Shown here in pieces: positions 38,070 to 49,344 of a stretch of DNA of 64,000 bases (positions within the stretch are counted from its first letter, which is position 1; every line of letters begins with the position of its first letter). The translations under genes were made by a program, and so were the position numbers. The DNA lies in assembly GCA_965112155.1 (NCBI GenBank), contig OZ218098.1; one strand, 5' to 3'. Origin of the DNA: Podarcis liolepis (lineage: Eukaryota). Below the pieces are notes generated by a model, which worked only from the letters and a program-made list of their open reading frames with translations, had not been told where the DNA came from and did not search any database.

Positions 38070-38195
38070 GATAACTCAGTCAGTAGAGCATGGGACAGTT
38101 AATCACAGGGTTGTGGGTTTGAGCCCCATGTTGAGTGAAAGATTCCTGCATCGCAAGGGGTTTATGATCCTTGTGGTCCCTTCAATATGATTTAT
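38070..38195 (+). mobile_element. tRNA-derived SINE with CR1-like tail (Squam3-like)
   Basis: A/B-box head TAACTCAGTCAGTAGAGCA...GGTTTGAGCCCC, then TTCCTGCATCGCAAGGGG tail; tail-only copies near 29041-29100, 33092-33158, 54170-54222. Confidence 0.6.
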
Positions 38196-38744
38196 ATGAA
38201 AGAGCCTTAAGGTTCCATCTTTGGGAAACGTGTCCCAGAACAAAAGCCAGATTAAAACTTGCCCAACCTCTTGGGGGCTGCATTCAAATGATGGCTGGGG
38301 CAAAATGAAACAAAATCCAACAGAGGAAAAGAGAAGACAAACGCACACCAGACATCAGGAACACACAGCACTCCTGCTGTGTTACACACATTCAGACATG
38401 CAGAGGACATGAAGGCAGGTACACATGTGGCTGGAAAAATCTGCCATTAGGTGACTTCAAAAGAGAGAGGGAATAAGGCCGTCGGTCACTCCCAGCCATG
38501 ATGGTTATGCTCTCCACTGTCGGAGGCAGTATGCCTTTGAATGACAGCTGCTGGGAATCACAAGAGGACAAATTCTTAAAGAAATTCTTGGAAGAATTTG
38601 CCATACAACAGGAAGCGGCACATCAAAGTTAAACTGGCTTTAATGAATTTGTATTTTGCTGAGTGAGCTAAAAATGAACCCCATTTTTTTGAAGTTGTTG
38701 CGAGCTCTAACGGGTGTGTGTATTTCGTTTAAAATTGTCGATAG

Positions 38745-38843
38745 CAAGCGGAAGAGGAGAACGAGTTGAGAAAAAAGCAACAGCAGGCATTGATGGAAAA
38801 ACTTCTGGAGCAGGAGGCACTGATGGAGCAGCAAGACCAAAAG
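38745..38843 (+). CDS. FMNL2: FMNL2 coding exon (~exon 24)
   Basis: cgatag|CAA GCG...CAA AAG|gtagca; 99 nt; [33 protein letters not shown]. Confidence 0.93.
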
Positions 38844-39533
38844 GTAGCAAACAACCAAGCCATTAATCGATTTTGGTTACGTGCATTGATAAAGTGGCAC
38901 ATATTGGTCCAGTGAAAGAGATCGTCTTATTGCAGAGCAGCCGATGTGGTGCAGTCCAGATATTATTGAACTACAGTTGTTAGGGATGATGGGAGTGGTG
39001 GAATACACATCTGGAAAGCACCACCTTGGCTACTGCTGCCTTCTTGGCTGAGACTGCTTCTCTCAAGTCTTTGGGATCGGCAAGGAACCAACATTCCAAA
39101 CACCTTTCTGTCAGGTGTTTTCTCTCAGAGATAACTATTGAAGCTTTCTTTCTCACAGAGACATTTTAACAAGGCAGTCATATAAGAAACTTAAAAGGAA
39201 ACTAGAGCAGTTTCATGTGTATGCTATTTCCTGTTCTTCCTAAATCTCAGAAAGGTGTTTATTCTCCTAAAGCCATTGATACAATGCTTGGAATTTGCCC
39301 TGTTTGAAAGATGCTTACCGAGAAGTAATGAGCATTTATCTCGGCCAAGCAATTCGATAACAGGAAGACATTCAGCGCATAGTCACCCAAGAGTCTGCAG
39401 TGACCAAATGTGAAGGAAGGCTAGTCGGAAGAGGCTCAAAGAAAACGCAGTGGCAGAAATGGCCATTTTGGGTTGTATCTAGCATTTTCCAGAGTTCTGC
39501 TTGGCATATGAGACCCTCTCTTCCATTATAATA

Positions 39534-39867
39534 CAGTGGTGCCTCGCAAGACGAAAAGAATCCGTTCTGTGATTCTCTTCGTCTAGCGGTTTTTTCGTCT
39601 TGTGAAGCAAGCCCATTGAAGGATTAGCGGATTAGCGCTATTAGCGGCTTTTAGCGGCTTATCTGCTGATCGGATCAGCTGATAAGCGGCTTAGCGGCTT
39701 AGAAAAAGGGGGGGAGGGGAAAAAACCAGCAGGAACTCGCAAGACATTGTCGTCTTGCGAAGCAAGCCCACAGGAAATTCGTTTTGCGAAGCACCTCCAA
39801 AACGGAAAACTCTTTCGTCTAGCGAGTTTTCCATCTTGCGAGGCATTCGTCTTGCGGGGCACCACTG
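39534..39867. mobile_element. Tc1/mariner MITE, family B
   Basis: TIR CAGTGGTGCCTCGCAAGACGAA...TTCGTCTTGCGGGGCACCACTG; TA TSD; internal TTAGCGG repeats. Confidence 0.9.
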
Positions 39868-40612
39868 TATCTTTTAACAATACAATTAGGAATTCTCACT
39901 ATGCAAGGTCAGGCTACACAAAGTGACTTCTCCAGATATTTGCACAAAGCACCCCCACCTCCTGTAATGTCAGGATTGTGTTCCCCACTTTTCCAGTGTC
40001 TCGGCCCTCATGGCACTTTACAATTGCCATTGATATTGTGTAGAACAATAAAAAAGAAATAACAAAAACAAAAACCATCAGCACGACAGTGTATAAATCA
40101 CAAAAAGTAGCTAAAAGCAGATTAAGTGTTAGTATGTGACAAACAAGACAGACCGCACTTGACATCTGAACAGTAATAATCATGGTGCCAGATGGGTATG
40201 CCTGGGGATGGCAATCCATAATCAGGGAGCCACCACAGGAAAGGCCCTTATTTTGATTAACCTCAGAAGGCCAGGACCCTCTGAGACAGGCCTCAAATGT
40301 TGTTCTCTCAGCCGAGAGTTTGGTGTGCGAAAAGGTGGTCTTGTAGATACTCTGATCCCAAACTTTTCAATGTTTCATAGGTTAGAACCATAACTTCCCT
40401 CCCCCCCCCCTAAAAGTGAACTGGGAGTTAGTGAAAGTGAGTGCAGGTGAAAAATGTGTAGGGCTGGGGAAAGAAAGACAGGGTTGACCTAGTGGTTCTA
40501 ACTCTGTACGGGGCAGGTACCTAAGTTCCCTATCTTACACCTCAAAGAGAAGAGCAGGTGTTTTCAGCATCTTGTTGGCCACTGCTTTTTACCAACCTTT
40601 GCTGCCTTTCAG

Positions 40613-40736
40613 TCTCCGTCTCATAAAACGAAGAGGCAGCAGCAAGAGCTGATTGCAGAGTTAAGACGGCGACAAGTCAAGGACAATAGACATGTGTACG
40701 AGGGGAAGGATGGAGCTATCGAAGATATCATCACAG
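40613..40736 (+). CDS. FMNL2: FMNL2 coding exon (~exon 25, WH2-like/DAD)
   Basis: tttcag|TCT CCG...ATC ACA G|gtaaaa; 124 nt; [41 protein letters not shown]. Confidence 0.95.
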
Positions 40737-41996
40737 GTAAAATAATAATAATGAGGAGGAGGAAGAGGCTGTTCCAAAGTGCCCCTTCATAGCTTTTACT
40801 TTGCAAATCTCTAACAGAGCTCCTTAAAGTAATCAATAATCAATAAATTGATTTCAGTGAGAATAATCACATGTATCAGTCATTTAACAAATGGTGCACA
40901 TTATATAGCGCTCAGGGTTTCAGGCCTCTTCTTTGGCAAGGCCTCGTTGACATAACGTTTGTGTATTATTTAATTTCTCCTTCACTTCAGCATGCTCTCA
41001 TAACTCAAGCTGTAGACCACGTAGAGCCTTATTAGACGTATTTTTGCAACAGGTGCATGCCTTGTAAATCTTTGAGTATTTTTGATCCATGTGCAAAACC
41101 ACTGGTGTTGAGCCTTGCTTTTAAAAGCTCTTGTTTTGTCCTTCAAGTCCTACTAATGGTAATTGCTCCAGCATTAAGTATGCGATGGAGGACAAAATTG
41201 TGTGATTTGGATTTGTTGAACGATTTTGAACTTCAGAGCTGCATATTCCTCTTGCAACAGACTAATACTAGTCCCTTTCGGCAATCCATAATTGAACGCA
41301 ATAGGCTGACAATGGCTGGGTCTAATTTATAGCAGCTGTGACAAGTACAGTGTGGGCTTTGGTGATTTTGCCAAAATCTGATTTAGTGGCTTCTGTGACA
41401 ATCACAGAGTGGATGAAAACAGCAGCAGCAGCAGCAGCTAATTGTTAATAATTTCTCCATAATCATTAGTAATAGGTCCCTGAGTATGAGTAATACCAAA
41501 TGCAAGCAACAAATACGGTGGGTTTTAAAAACATCCATGCACAGATGCATGGATCCTATCCAGCCAGGACTTCACTAGCATCACATGTCTCATTTTCAAT
41601 GGTAAATTTATGGCTGATTCCTGGCTGAGACTTCGCCTAGGGTTTACTTTACCCACTCTGCTGTTGTGTGATTTCATTTCACTAAGTTCCAAGAGCAGTC
41701 CATCAGAGTGCGAGAACAGCCATGCAAATAAATGTTGTGCTGAGATAAAAGTGTGCACTTCATCATGCCCTTGTTCATACACCAATTTTACCTTTAACCC
41801 CCCCCCCCCAGTAACTGTTATGATTTGCAGAAAGATAATTCTACTGGTAACCCAGCCAAGCAAATCCTATTGTGGTTAAATGACTGAATAAGCCACCTCA
41901 GGGTGTCTTTAACAAATCACTAACAATGTACTAAGACAATAGATCTTTGCTTCTTACTGTATATTCTGTCTTGTCTGGCTGTTATTTTCCATGCAG

Positions 41997-42088
41997 TGCT
42001 GAAGACTGTGCCCTTTACTGCTCGAACGGCCAAGCGTGGCTCTCGTTTTTTCTGCGAACCTGTTCTCACAGAGGAATTCCATTACTAA
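41997..42088 (+). CDS. FMNL2: FMNL2 alternative C-terminal exon (counterpart of the human YHY tail, here ending FHY*)
   Basis: atgcag|TG CTG AAG...CAT TAC TAA; the phase-1 join gives [30 protein letters not shown]; frame not shown in the ORF track. Confidence 0.92.
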
Positions 42089-43629
42089 ACTTTTCCTCTT
42101 TCACACCCGACGCTCTTAAAAAAAACACAAAAAGGTTGCTGTAGGTTTTTGACTTTTCTCCGCAATATAGCTGTTTGAATGGATTAGTGATGTTTGGCAT
42201 TTCGTCGGAGTCATATTTGACATCGCTCATCTCATTGCATGTTTTTGCCTGTCAGGAACCTTTTTTTGGTTCCCTTCCATCCTCCCAGTGACCGTTTGTT
42301 CTACCTTCCACATTTCAGAGTCACCCTGTGGGCTCAGCGCCATAGAGCAGCAAGTGATGGAAGTCAAAGAAATGTCCTCGAGGCCCCTGGTGGCTGTGCT
42401 TCAAGCCAGCCACCACAATTTGCAAGGGATGGTTGTGGGTTGTAATGACAAATGTGATGGACAGTTCACTTGGCTTTTCTGTGTCTTCTCCTCTGGGCTC
42501 TCGCACCTCCTTTACTTCTTTGTGACTTGATCTATGTTGCACGAGTCTTGTTAAGCCAAGCCTATCTCCGGAAGCAAATCTAGTGTACATCAATGAGCCA
42601 GGCTGAATGTGTATGGGCTTTGTTTTATGGCATGTAAAATGAAGTCACTGCTTTGTGATCTGTGAGCACATATTTCCACATGGGTCCTTCTAACCATCGC
42701 TTGCATGTTTGTGTTTGCATGCGTGAAGATGAATAAAATAAATGTGGTCGTGGTCCCCGCACCCACTCCCTTCGTTTTTCACACCCACAGTCGTTAGCTT
42801 CAGTTCCATGGCAACTTAATGGGAAATCTCCTTTGAGCCAAGTGGTAGCCTCACTTAAGATAGAATTCTGCCTTTGATCAGTTCAGTCCTTTGTAATAGT
42901 GGAGGCTGGGCAAAACCCAGGATCCAGGCAGACCATGGTTCTGAAAGCAGGTTTTGACTTCTGAGCCAAGCCATAAGAAATAAATTTTAAATAATTCTCA
43001 TGCTAAGCTCATCTAGGGCCAAGAAACAAAGATTGAGGGGCTGGATGAAGAAACTACCCAGGTGGCAGCAGATAAGGCCTAGTGAAGCAATATGATCAAA
43101 ATTGCCTTGCCATAGAAGATACCCCGCGTTATTGTCATGGAACTGGATCCATTAACATCTTGCACTGTAGAATGTTTTTAAAAAGGAGTGCCGTTTACGC
43201 TGCATGTGTCTGCCAATGCTGTTGTCTTTGATACAAGAACCAATCATCTTAAAGCAGCATTTCATTTCCTACTGGTGTAATGTTTTAATGGGGAGCTTTA
43301 AAGTAAGAATGCTGCCTGTTAACTCCTCTTTTGCTCTTTCAAGTTAATTGCTGGACAGTCATCCTGGAGCCAATGTTCAAAGCAGCTTGGAATTTTATTA
43401 GTAAGAGGCTTACGATGGCCACCTCTTCCCTTCCCTTTCTTTTTTTTAACCTTCTTTAAGCCTCCACCTCACCCACTTTTGCTTTACTTGCTAACATATG
43501 TGGCTTTTTACATTTTAAAAAATAAATAAATAAATAAATAAATAAATATATTATTATTTTGCTTTTTGGGCACAGAATTGAGTTGCTCTTCATGTTCCAT
43601 CCCATTTTTAACTTAACCATCATTCTGTG

Positions 43630-43801
43630 NNNNNNNNNNNNNNNNNNNNNNNNNNNNNNNNNNNNNNNNNNNNNNNNNNNNNNNNNNNNNNNNNNNNNNN
43701 NNNNNNNNNNNNNNNNNNNNNNNNNNNNNNNNNNNNNNNNNNNNNNNNNNNNNNNNNNNNNNNNNNNNNNNNNNNNNNNNNNNNNNNNNNNNNNNNNNNN
43801 N
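43630..43801. other. Assembly gap (172 N)
   Basis: run of N. Confidence 1.
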
Positions 43802-45031
43802 CTGCAAATCACAGCCAATTTTAAGATAAAGGAGGGATGACGCTGTAAGCGTTTAAGCAGCGTTGCTGGTGCTTTTCGGTCTTTCTTCTGTCGTGTGTTT
43901 TTATCTGTAGCGTGTGGGATGGATTAATCTGCAGCTCTTGCCTGTGCTGGATGACGTCACATCACTTAGGGGCTACTCCCTTTCCAGACTCTTCCACAAG
44001 ATAGATGTTGTTGCCTCTGTGTTGTACTGATGAGTCTGTGTTCTGCAGAGCAGGAAGAGAGGGGAGGAAAGGGGCACAAGTAGGGTTGCCAACTATTTTA
44101 CAGGCTCTGTGCTCCTTTTTTTTAAAACAGCAGCCCATCAAACAGCAATATAGCATTTCCTGACATAAGCATACAGTGTACAAGGCATTGTCCGTTCCTT
44201 TTCCATATGCCAGGTGGTTACAAAAGGCATTTTGCCATACTAAAGAAATGTGGGAACCTCTCACAAATGGGAGCTTATGTACAAAGATTTATTTGTGTGC
44301 TCTGTTTACCCTGCAAGGACAGTAGATTCAGGCACTATTAGTGAATCAAACTCTACGAAAAGAGAAAAGGCTGTGTGTGGATCTTATGGCTGTTAGTTGC
44401 ATCTTAGCAATCAACTATTATTCCCACCTCTACTAGCCGCCCCTGCCTCCCCAAGTGGGTCTTTGGGAGCCTCCTGTGATTTACAACCAGTTGCTTTATC
44501 CAAAAGACCTCAGGGGCTGCTAGTGAATCCTATTCTTGTAGGCTGAGTAAGCGCTACAACTAAATCTTCCCTGCAAAGGGGGACTGTCATTCTTTGCTCC
44601 TCTTTTAACAATGGCACCTTTGTTTGCCTTTCTGCTTCAGTAGCAGTGCTTCCCATAGCAATGGCAGCCATCCTTACACTATACACTGCCACTGAGAGCA
44701 TTTGGCTGGCTTCTTCGAACTATCAGTGCGGGCTCTGGGAGCATCAGCTATGTTGAGGGGCAATTCCTCTGAAAGTGCCAGTTTTTCCTGTATCCATCTC
44801 ATTCTCCTGGAGCAGGAGTGTGCATGGACCTTAGAATAAAATCTGAGGAAAAAACAATGGAGAATAATATGTGTGTGTGTGTATGGATAGCACCTTCGTG
44901 CTGCTGTGTATGGGATGTATGGGAGTGTGTGTGCGCAGGGAGTTTATAGGGAACCCTGTTGGTGGAAAGGGAAACAAATTCAGGGTAGGTGTGTGCTTTT
45001 TGCTCCTGATGCAGCACTGTCCCGTTTCAGC

Positions 45032-45068
<37 letters not shown>
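45032..45068. repeat. (TAA)n microsatellite, likely a retroposon tail
   Basis: read directly; adjoins a LINE/SINE 3' end at about 45070-45150. Confidence 0.9.
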
Positions 45069-45071
<3 letters not shown>

Positions 45072-46354
45072 TTTATTATTAATACCCCGCCTATCTGGCT
45101 GGTTTCCCGAGCCACTCTGGGTTGCTTCCAACAGAATATTAAAACACAATAGTCTATTGAAGCAAATGGGACTGGCCATGTAGCTGCTGCTCACAGCAGC
45201 ATTGTAGGGTAGGGTAATGTTGTTGGGGCAGCAGCCACAAGCAGTCCTACCCACGTCATTCCCTTCTTTTAAGCATAATCAGGACCGCGCCACTGCTAGC
45301 AGCGTAGACCAACTGGCTCTTAAAAGTGCCAATGTAATACAGTAGTCAAAACTGCTGGCATTAAGCAAGTACAGATTGTGCAAATTGTGAATGGTTTGGT
45401 AGCTTGCTGTAGTCTAGAAATCTAGCACAGCTGGGGAGGTGTGATTTTAAAGGGCTAAGGGACCTCCAGTGTAGAGGGGGTTAGGGTTGGGAAAGAGGAG
45501 CAGTGCCTGCTTATTGTTTTCGCTGCTGCTGTTTTATTTAAAAAACCTGGAATGCTTCAGATTGGCTTGCTGGTCATACCACTAGCATACCCCCTCCTGT
45601 GGAAGCAGAAATTGGTAGCATGTGGGGTAAAGGAGTCGCTAGCTGGATCTGCGCTGATCTAGAAAACATTATAAAAATATAGCTCTCAATGCAATTTCAC
45701 ATGGGCAACACTACAGCGCCCTGTTGTCCCATTTTTATAACACATTTTTCATATTATAACTCACCAGTATAGAAGAGTCTGAGGTCACAGTTTGAAGAGG
45801 TTCAGAGAATGAATGAAGCCTGGGTCTCAGGGAAAATTTGTGGCAAGTGACAGCCAACCAGCATTAGCATCTAACCCTGCTGCCATCCTGTCTTGTGTGT
45901 GTTTTTTTAAAATAATAATAATCCATACCCTCATTTTCATCCTCATAAGAAAATGCAGCTGATGCAGATTCATGGTGGCCCCATAGTTTGGTCCTTCAGT
46001 GGCAGAACCCTGGTGTGGAAGCAGCTCCCCACCTGATTCTCTCTATACAGAAGAAATCTGATGGAAGCTTTTGCTATGCAAGGAAATTGCGAGATTGCTT
46101 CCGCAGCAGAACCCTTTTCATACCTAGATCCGTAACCCCGAATAATGCAGTAGGCAGACGTTCCATATTAGTAATAGTCAGTGAAGAGAGACCCATCAGT
46201 GCTGTTCTGCTCGGCTCTCTTGGGAGCTTAAACAGTCCCTTTTTCTCTTTTGCTTCAAGCTGCTTTGATTGGCTACCAGCAGGACTCTTTCCTTGTCTAG
46301 ATCCAGAGGCACAGGCTAGCCCGCTTCTGACACCTTCCTGCTTCTTCCCCGCAG

Positions 46355-46464
46355 ATCTTAGAAACCAGCCCTACAGACGAGCCGATGCGGTGAGGAGAAG
46401 CGTGAGGCGGCGTTTTGATGATCAGAATTTACGCACTCTCAACGGTGCTGAAATAGCCATGTGA
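46355..46464 (+). CDS. FMNL2: FMNL2 last coding exon (counterpart of the human ITM tail, here ending IAM*)
   Basis: ccgcag|AT CTT AGA...GCC ATG TGA; DLRNQPYRRADAVRRSVRRRFDDQNLRTLNGAEIAM*. Confidence 0.95.
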
Positions 46465-48800
46465 GCCGGATTGGGAGAACGTGCATGTGTAAAGTAGAAC
46501 GTGTGCTTGATTGATTCCTTGCCATATGAACTATATTTGCGCTACCATTCTAATTGTGGACTTTATTGCAGTACATTAACTTATCTTCTGAAGGGCTCAA
46601 TAACAACAGCAAACACATAGGAACACAGAGGGAAAAAATAAGGGGGGAAAAAGATGAGCTCTCCACTCAACTGTAACTACCAAGTGCCTAAAATTCAATT
46701 ACCTGCTCAAATTAATCAAAGCAATAGGACTTTATTTGATTGGGTATTGTTTTACACCAATAAATTTGTTCAGTGTTTTTAACCAAAATGTAAAATACAT
46801 ATTGTATTTTTGTTTTGTTTTGTTACATACCATTTAGTGAATAGCCTTCAGTGGGCTTTCTTGATCTCATGACTTGTAAATAGGTAATACTTGGAAGTGA
46901 TCCGCTGTGGATTTTTTTAATGATTTCAATACATTCCTCCTGGACAGTTTCACTTAGTTTTGAGATTCTGTTGCACTTATTATGATGATGTATGCATACA
47001 TCTTCATATGCATATGTAAGGACTTACCATATACGAAGGGGAGAAACTCATTAAATTGTACCCTTTTAAGAAAAATGCATTCCTCTTAAGGGTGGGGAAA
47101 ACATCCAGAAAACAGAAGTTGATGTAGATGTGATTACATTTTACAAAGGGTTAAACTTAACTGGGATAAGAAAGGCTTGGATAGTGGGGTTTCAGCTGTA
47201 AATAGGATGTGATAACATATGGCTTATTTTAAATACACAGCTACCTGCTTTCAGATTCTACCTGCTATATACCAGTTGGTAGTGAAGCTGAAGTGAGGAG
47301 GTATAGCTCATAGAACACAATGCAAACACAGAAGAATCATGGATGAAATTCCACTACTGTTTTCTACAGGTAGAGGCAGCTTTTGGGTAACAATGTTATT
47401 TATTAATTAGCACTAAGATATTAACTTCTCAGTAATCAGTATTATAATTCCTGAGGACCACAACTGTTCAGTTGTCGGAATAATGAAAATCTGGTGCCCT
47501 GCTGAAAAATTAGGATACCCTCCATAAATAAGCTTGTACCTCCATTCCACAAGAAATTCTGCCATGCGACAATCCAGGTTGGTTTATAAAGAGCTGTCTC
47601 TCAGCTGAAATGTAGCTAGTTAACGAAACAGTTTATCACTGCATACATTCTCAAACCTGAAATAGATTTTTTTATCCCAGTTCAGATCTGCTGATGGATG
47701 CAGCATCTTACAAGAAGTGTAAGTCAGATGTGCAGTTGGAAATTGTAAATGTATTTGCACTTCATTTCTTCCAAACATGTGGGTTTAATAGGGAACGCGC
47801 AAGCTGTTGAACGCTACAGTGCACAGATGACTTTCTCATTTTAGAAATGCATCTGCCTTGCGCTTGTGGCTATCCTTTCCAGATTACAGTGCTTGTATTT
47901 CAAATTTTTAACCAGTTGAAACATTTAAAGCAAAGTTTTAATTACCAAGAGCGGCCATTGCCAACCCCACCTACTGCTTACAAGGCAGGGCACTTGATTT
48001 TCTCTCCCAAGTCAAAAATCAGACTAAAGTTAAGGGACATCTTGCTTACAGCTTTCCTTTCCTGATAGCACTGCATCACTGTTAATTGTAAAATTTATTG
48101 TATAGTATTTAACCACTGAATTATTTTCTTTTTTGTTGTGCTTATGTGAACCACTGGTAAAGGTCCCATATTCCTTTAATAATGTGTAGTTATATGATAA
48201 TGTTTCTAAATGTACAGATATTTTGCTACAAATTTGGTGCTTTTTATGGTTTTTACACTTCTCTTTAATTCCCACTCTAGCCTCGGGGTAATATTGTAAA
48301 TATTGTTTAAAAATGCATCAGCCTGTGCTATACAATCTGAATGTTCTTTTAACTTATAGTTTTGTTTTTTTATATTTAACTAAATGGACAGTTTGGGGCT
48401 CAAAAGTTATTACATTGACATTTGCTTAACTATTTACAGAGAGGTTTATTTTAAACGAACTGCCAATTGTTCTCTCAATTTACAGCAATGTGTACTTGAC
48501 ATGTTAAAGAGAACATGCCATGATTGTGCCATTTTCCTTCACAGAAAGATGAATGTTTAGGTTTGGGGTAAACACCATTTGGCAATATAATTCAAGATTT
48601 AAGGAGCTATGATAAATCACAGTATGCTAAAAATGTTTAGAAAGGAACAATGGGCTGTAATATTGGCATGTTCTCTTCGATATTTTATCTAGTAACAGAC
48701 CTGCTTCTTAGCAATATTATAGGTGTTTTATAAAAGCAGTTCATGTTACTTTTCTGATCTGTTCATGGCATATGATTGAATAAACTATTTACACTACTAC
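46465..48800 (+). other. FMNL2: FMNL2 3'UTR (end approximate)
   Basis: AU-rich stretch after the stop with no recognisable repeats; AATAAA at 46759-46764 (proximal) and 48779-48784 (distal). Confidence 0.65.
48779..48784 (+). terminator. Probable distal polyadenylation signal of FMNL2
   Basis: AATAAA at the end of the AU-rich UTR, with T-rich sequence downstream. Confidence 0.55.
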
Positions 48801-49344
48801 AAATGATCCACAGCTCTTCCTTGTTACTCAGACTGATCTACATGGGGCTATAGAACTATGCAGAGTAGCAGGGCTGTGCTAAAACAAGAACCAGAGAGGG
48901 CTGCATGTAGGCGTGAGTTCCTATTGGCACTGGGCTTTTTCCACAATGTAGTAGTAATGAGCTATAAACAGGTAACTTCATTACCATGCACTTTCTCCTA
49001 TAAGGTTAAGAGCAAACAACTCTTTTTAAATTAAACGCTGGAAAAATGAAACCTAGTGATGGGATGAGCGGACTACATAGAATTGTAGAATTGGAAAGAA
49101 CCCCATGTAACCATTTGCATTGCCTGCACTTAATACAGCTGCTTTACTTTTGCATTAGGCAAAACCTATCTGAAGAAGTTTCAAATGATGCGCACGCTCT
49201 CTCTCTCTCTATATATATATGTATGTTGTTTCTCTTTGAGACGCAGTGGGGAAAGTTCAAATGTACAAGATATGCAAACTAGAGAAGAAATCAGATTGTA
49301 GCAAATAAGATATGGGGCATGACAGTTTGCAGAAATATGAAGAA

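Noticed and set aside
38070-38145. tRNA-like sequences (also 18940-19015 and about 16010-16070)
   Set aside because: Degenerate A/B boxes fused to LINE-derived tails; these are SINE heads, not intact cloverleaf tRNAs.
39534-39867. Repeated TTCGTCTTGCG units suggesting a CRISPR-like array
   Set aside because: Eukaryotic context, irregular spacing, enclosed by TIRs and a TA TSD; it is a MITE.
43456-43840. ORFs spanning poly-X
   Set aside because: Artefacts of the N gap.
45988-46354. 5' part of the 158-aa ORF 45988..46464
   Set aside because: Intronic open frame upstream of a strong acceptor at 46354; only the last 36 codons resemble FMNL2.
49166-49180. TATCTGAAGAAGT resembling the hammerhead 5' core
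   Set aside because: No stem II or GAAA half follows; too short to call.
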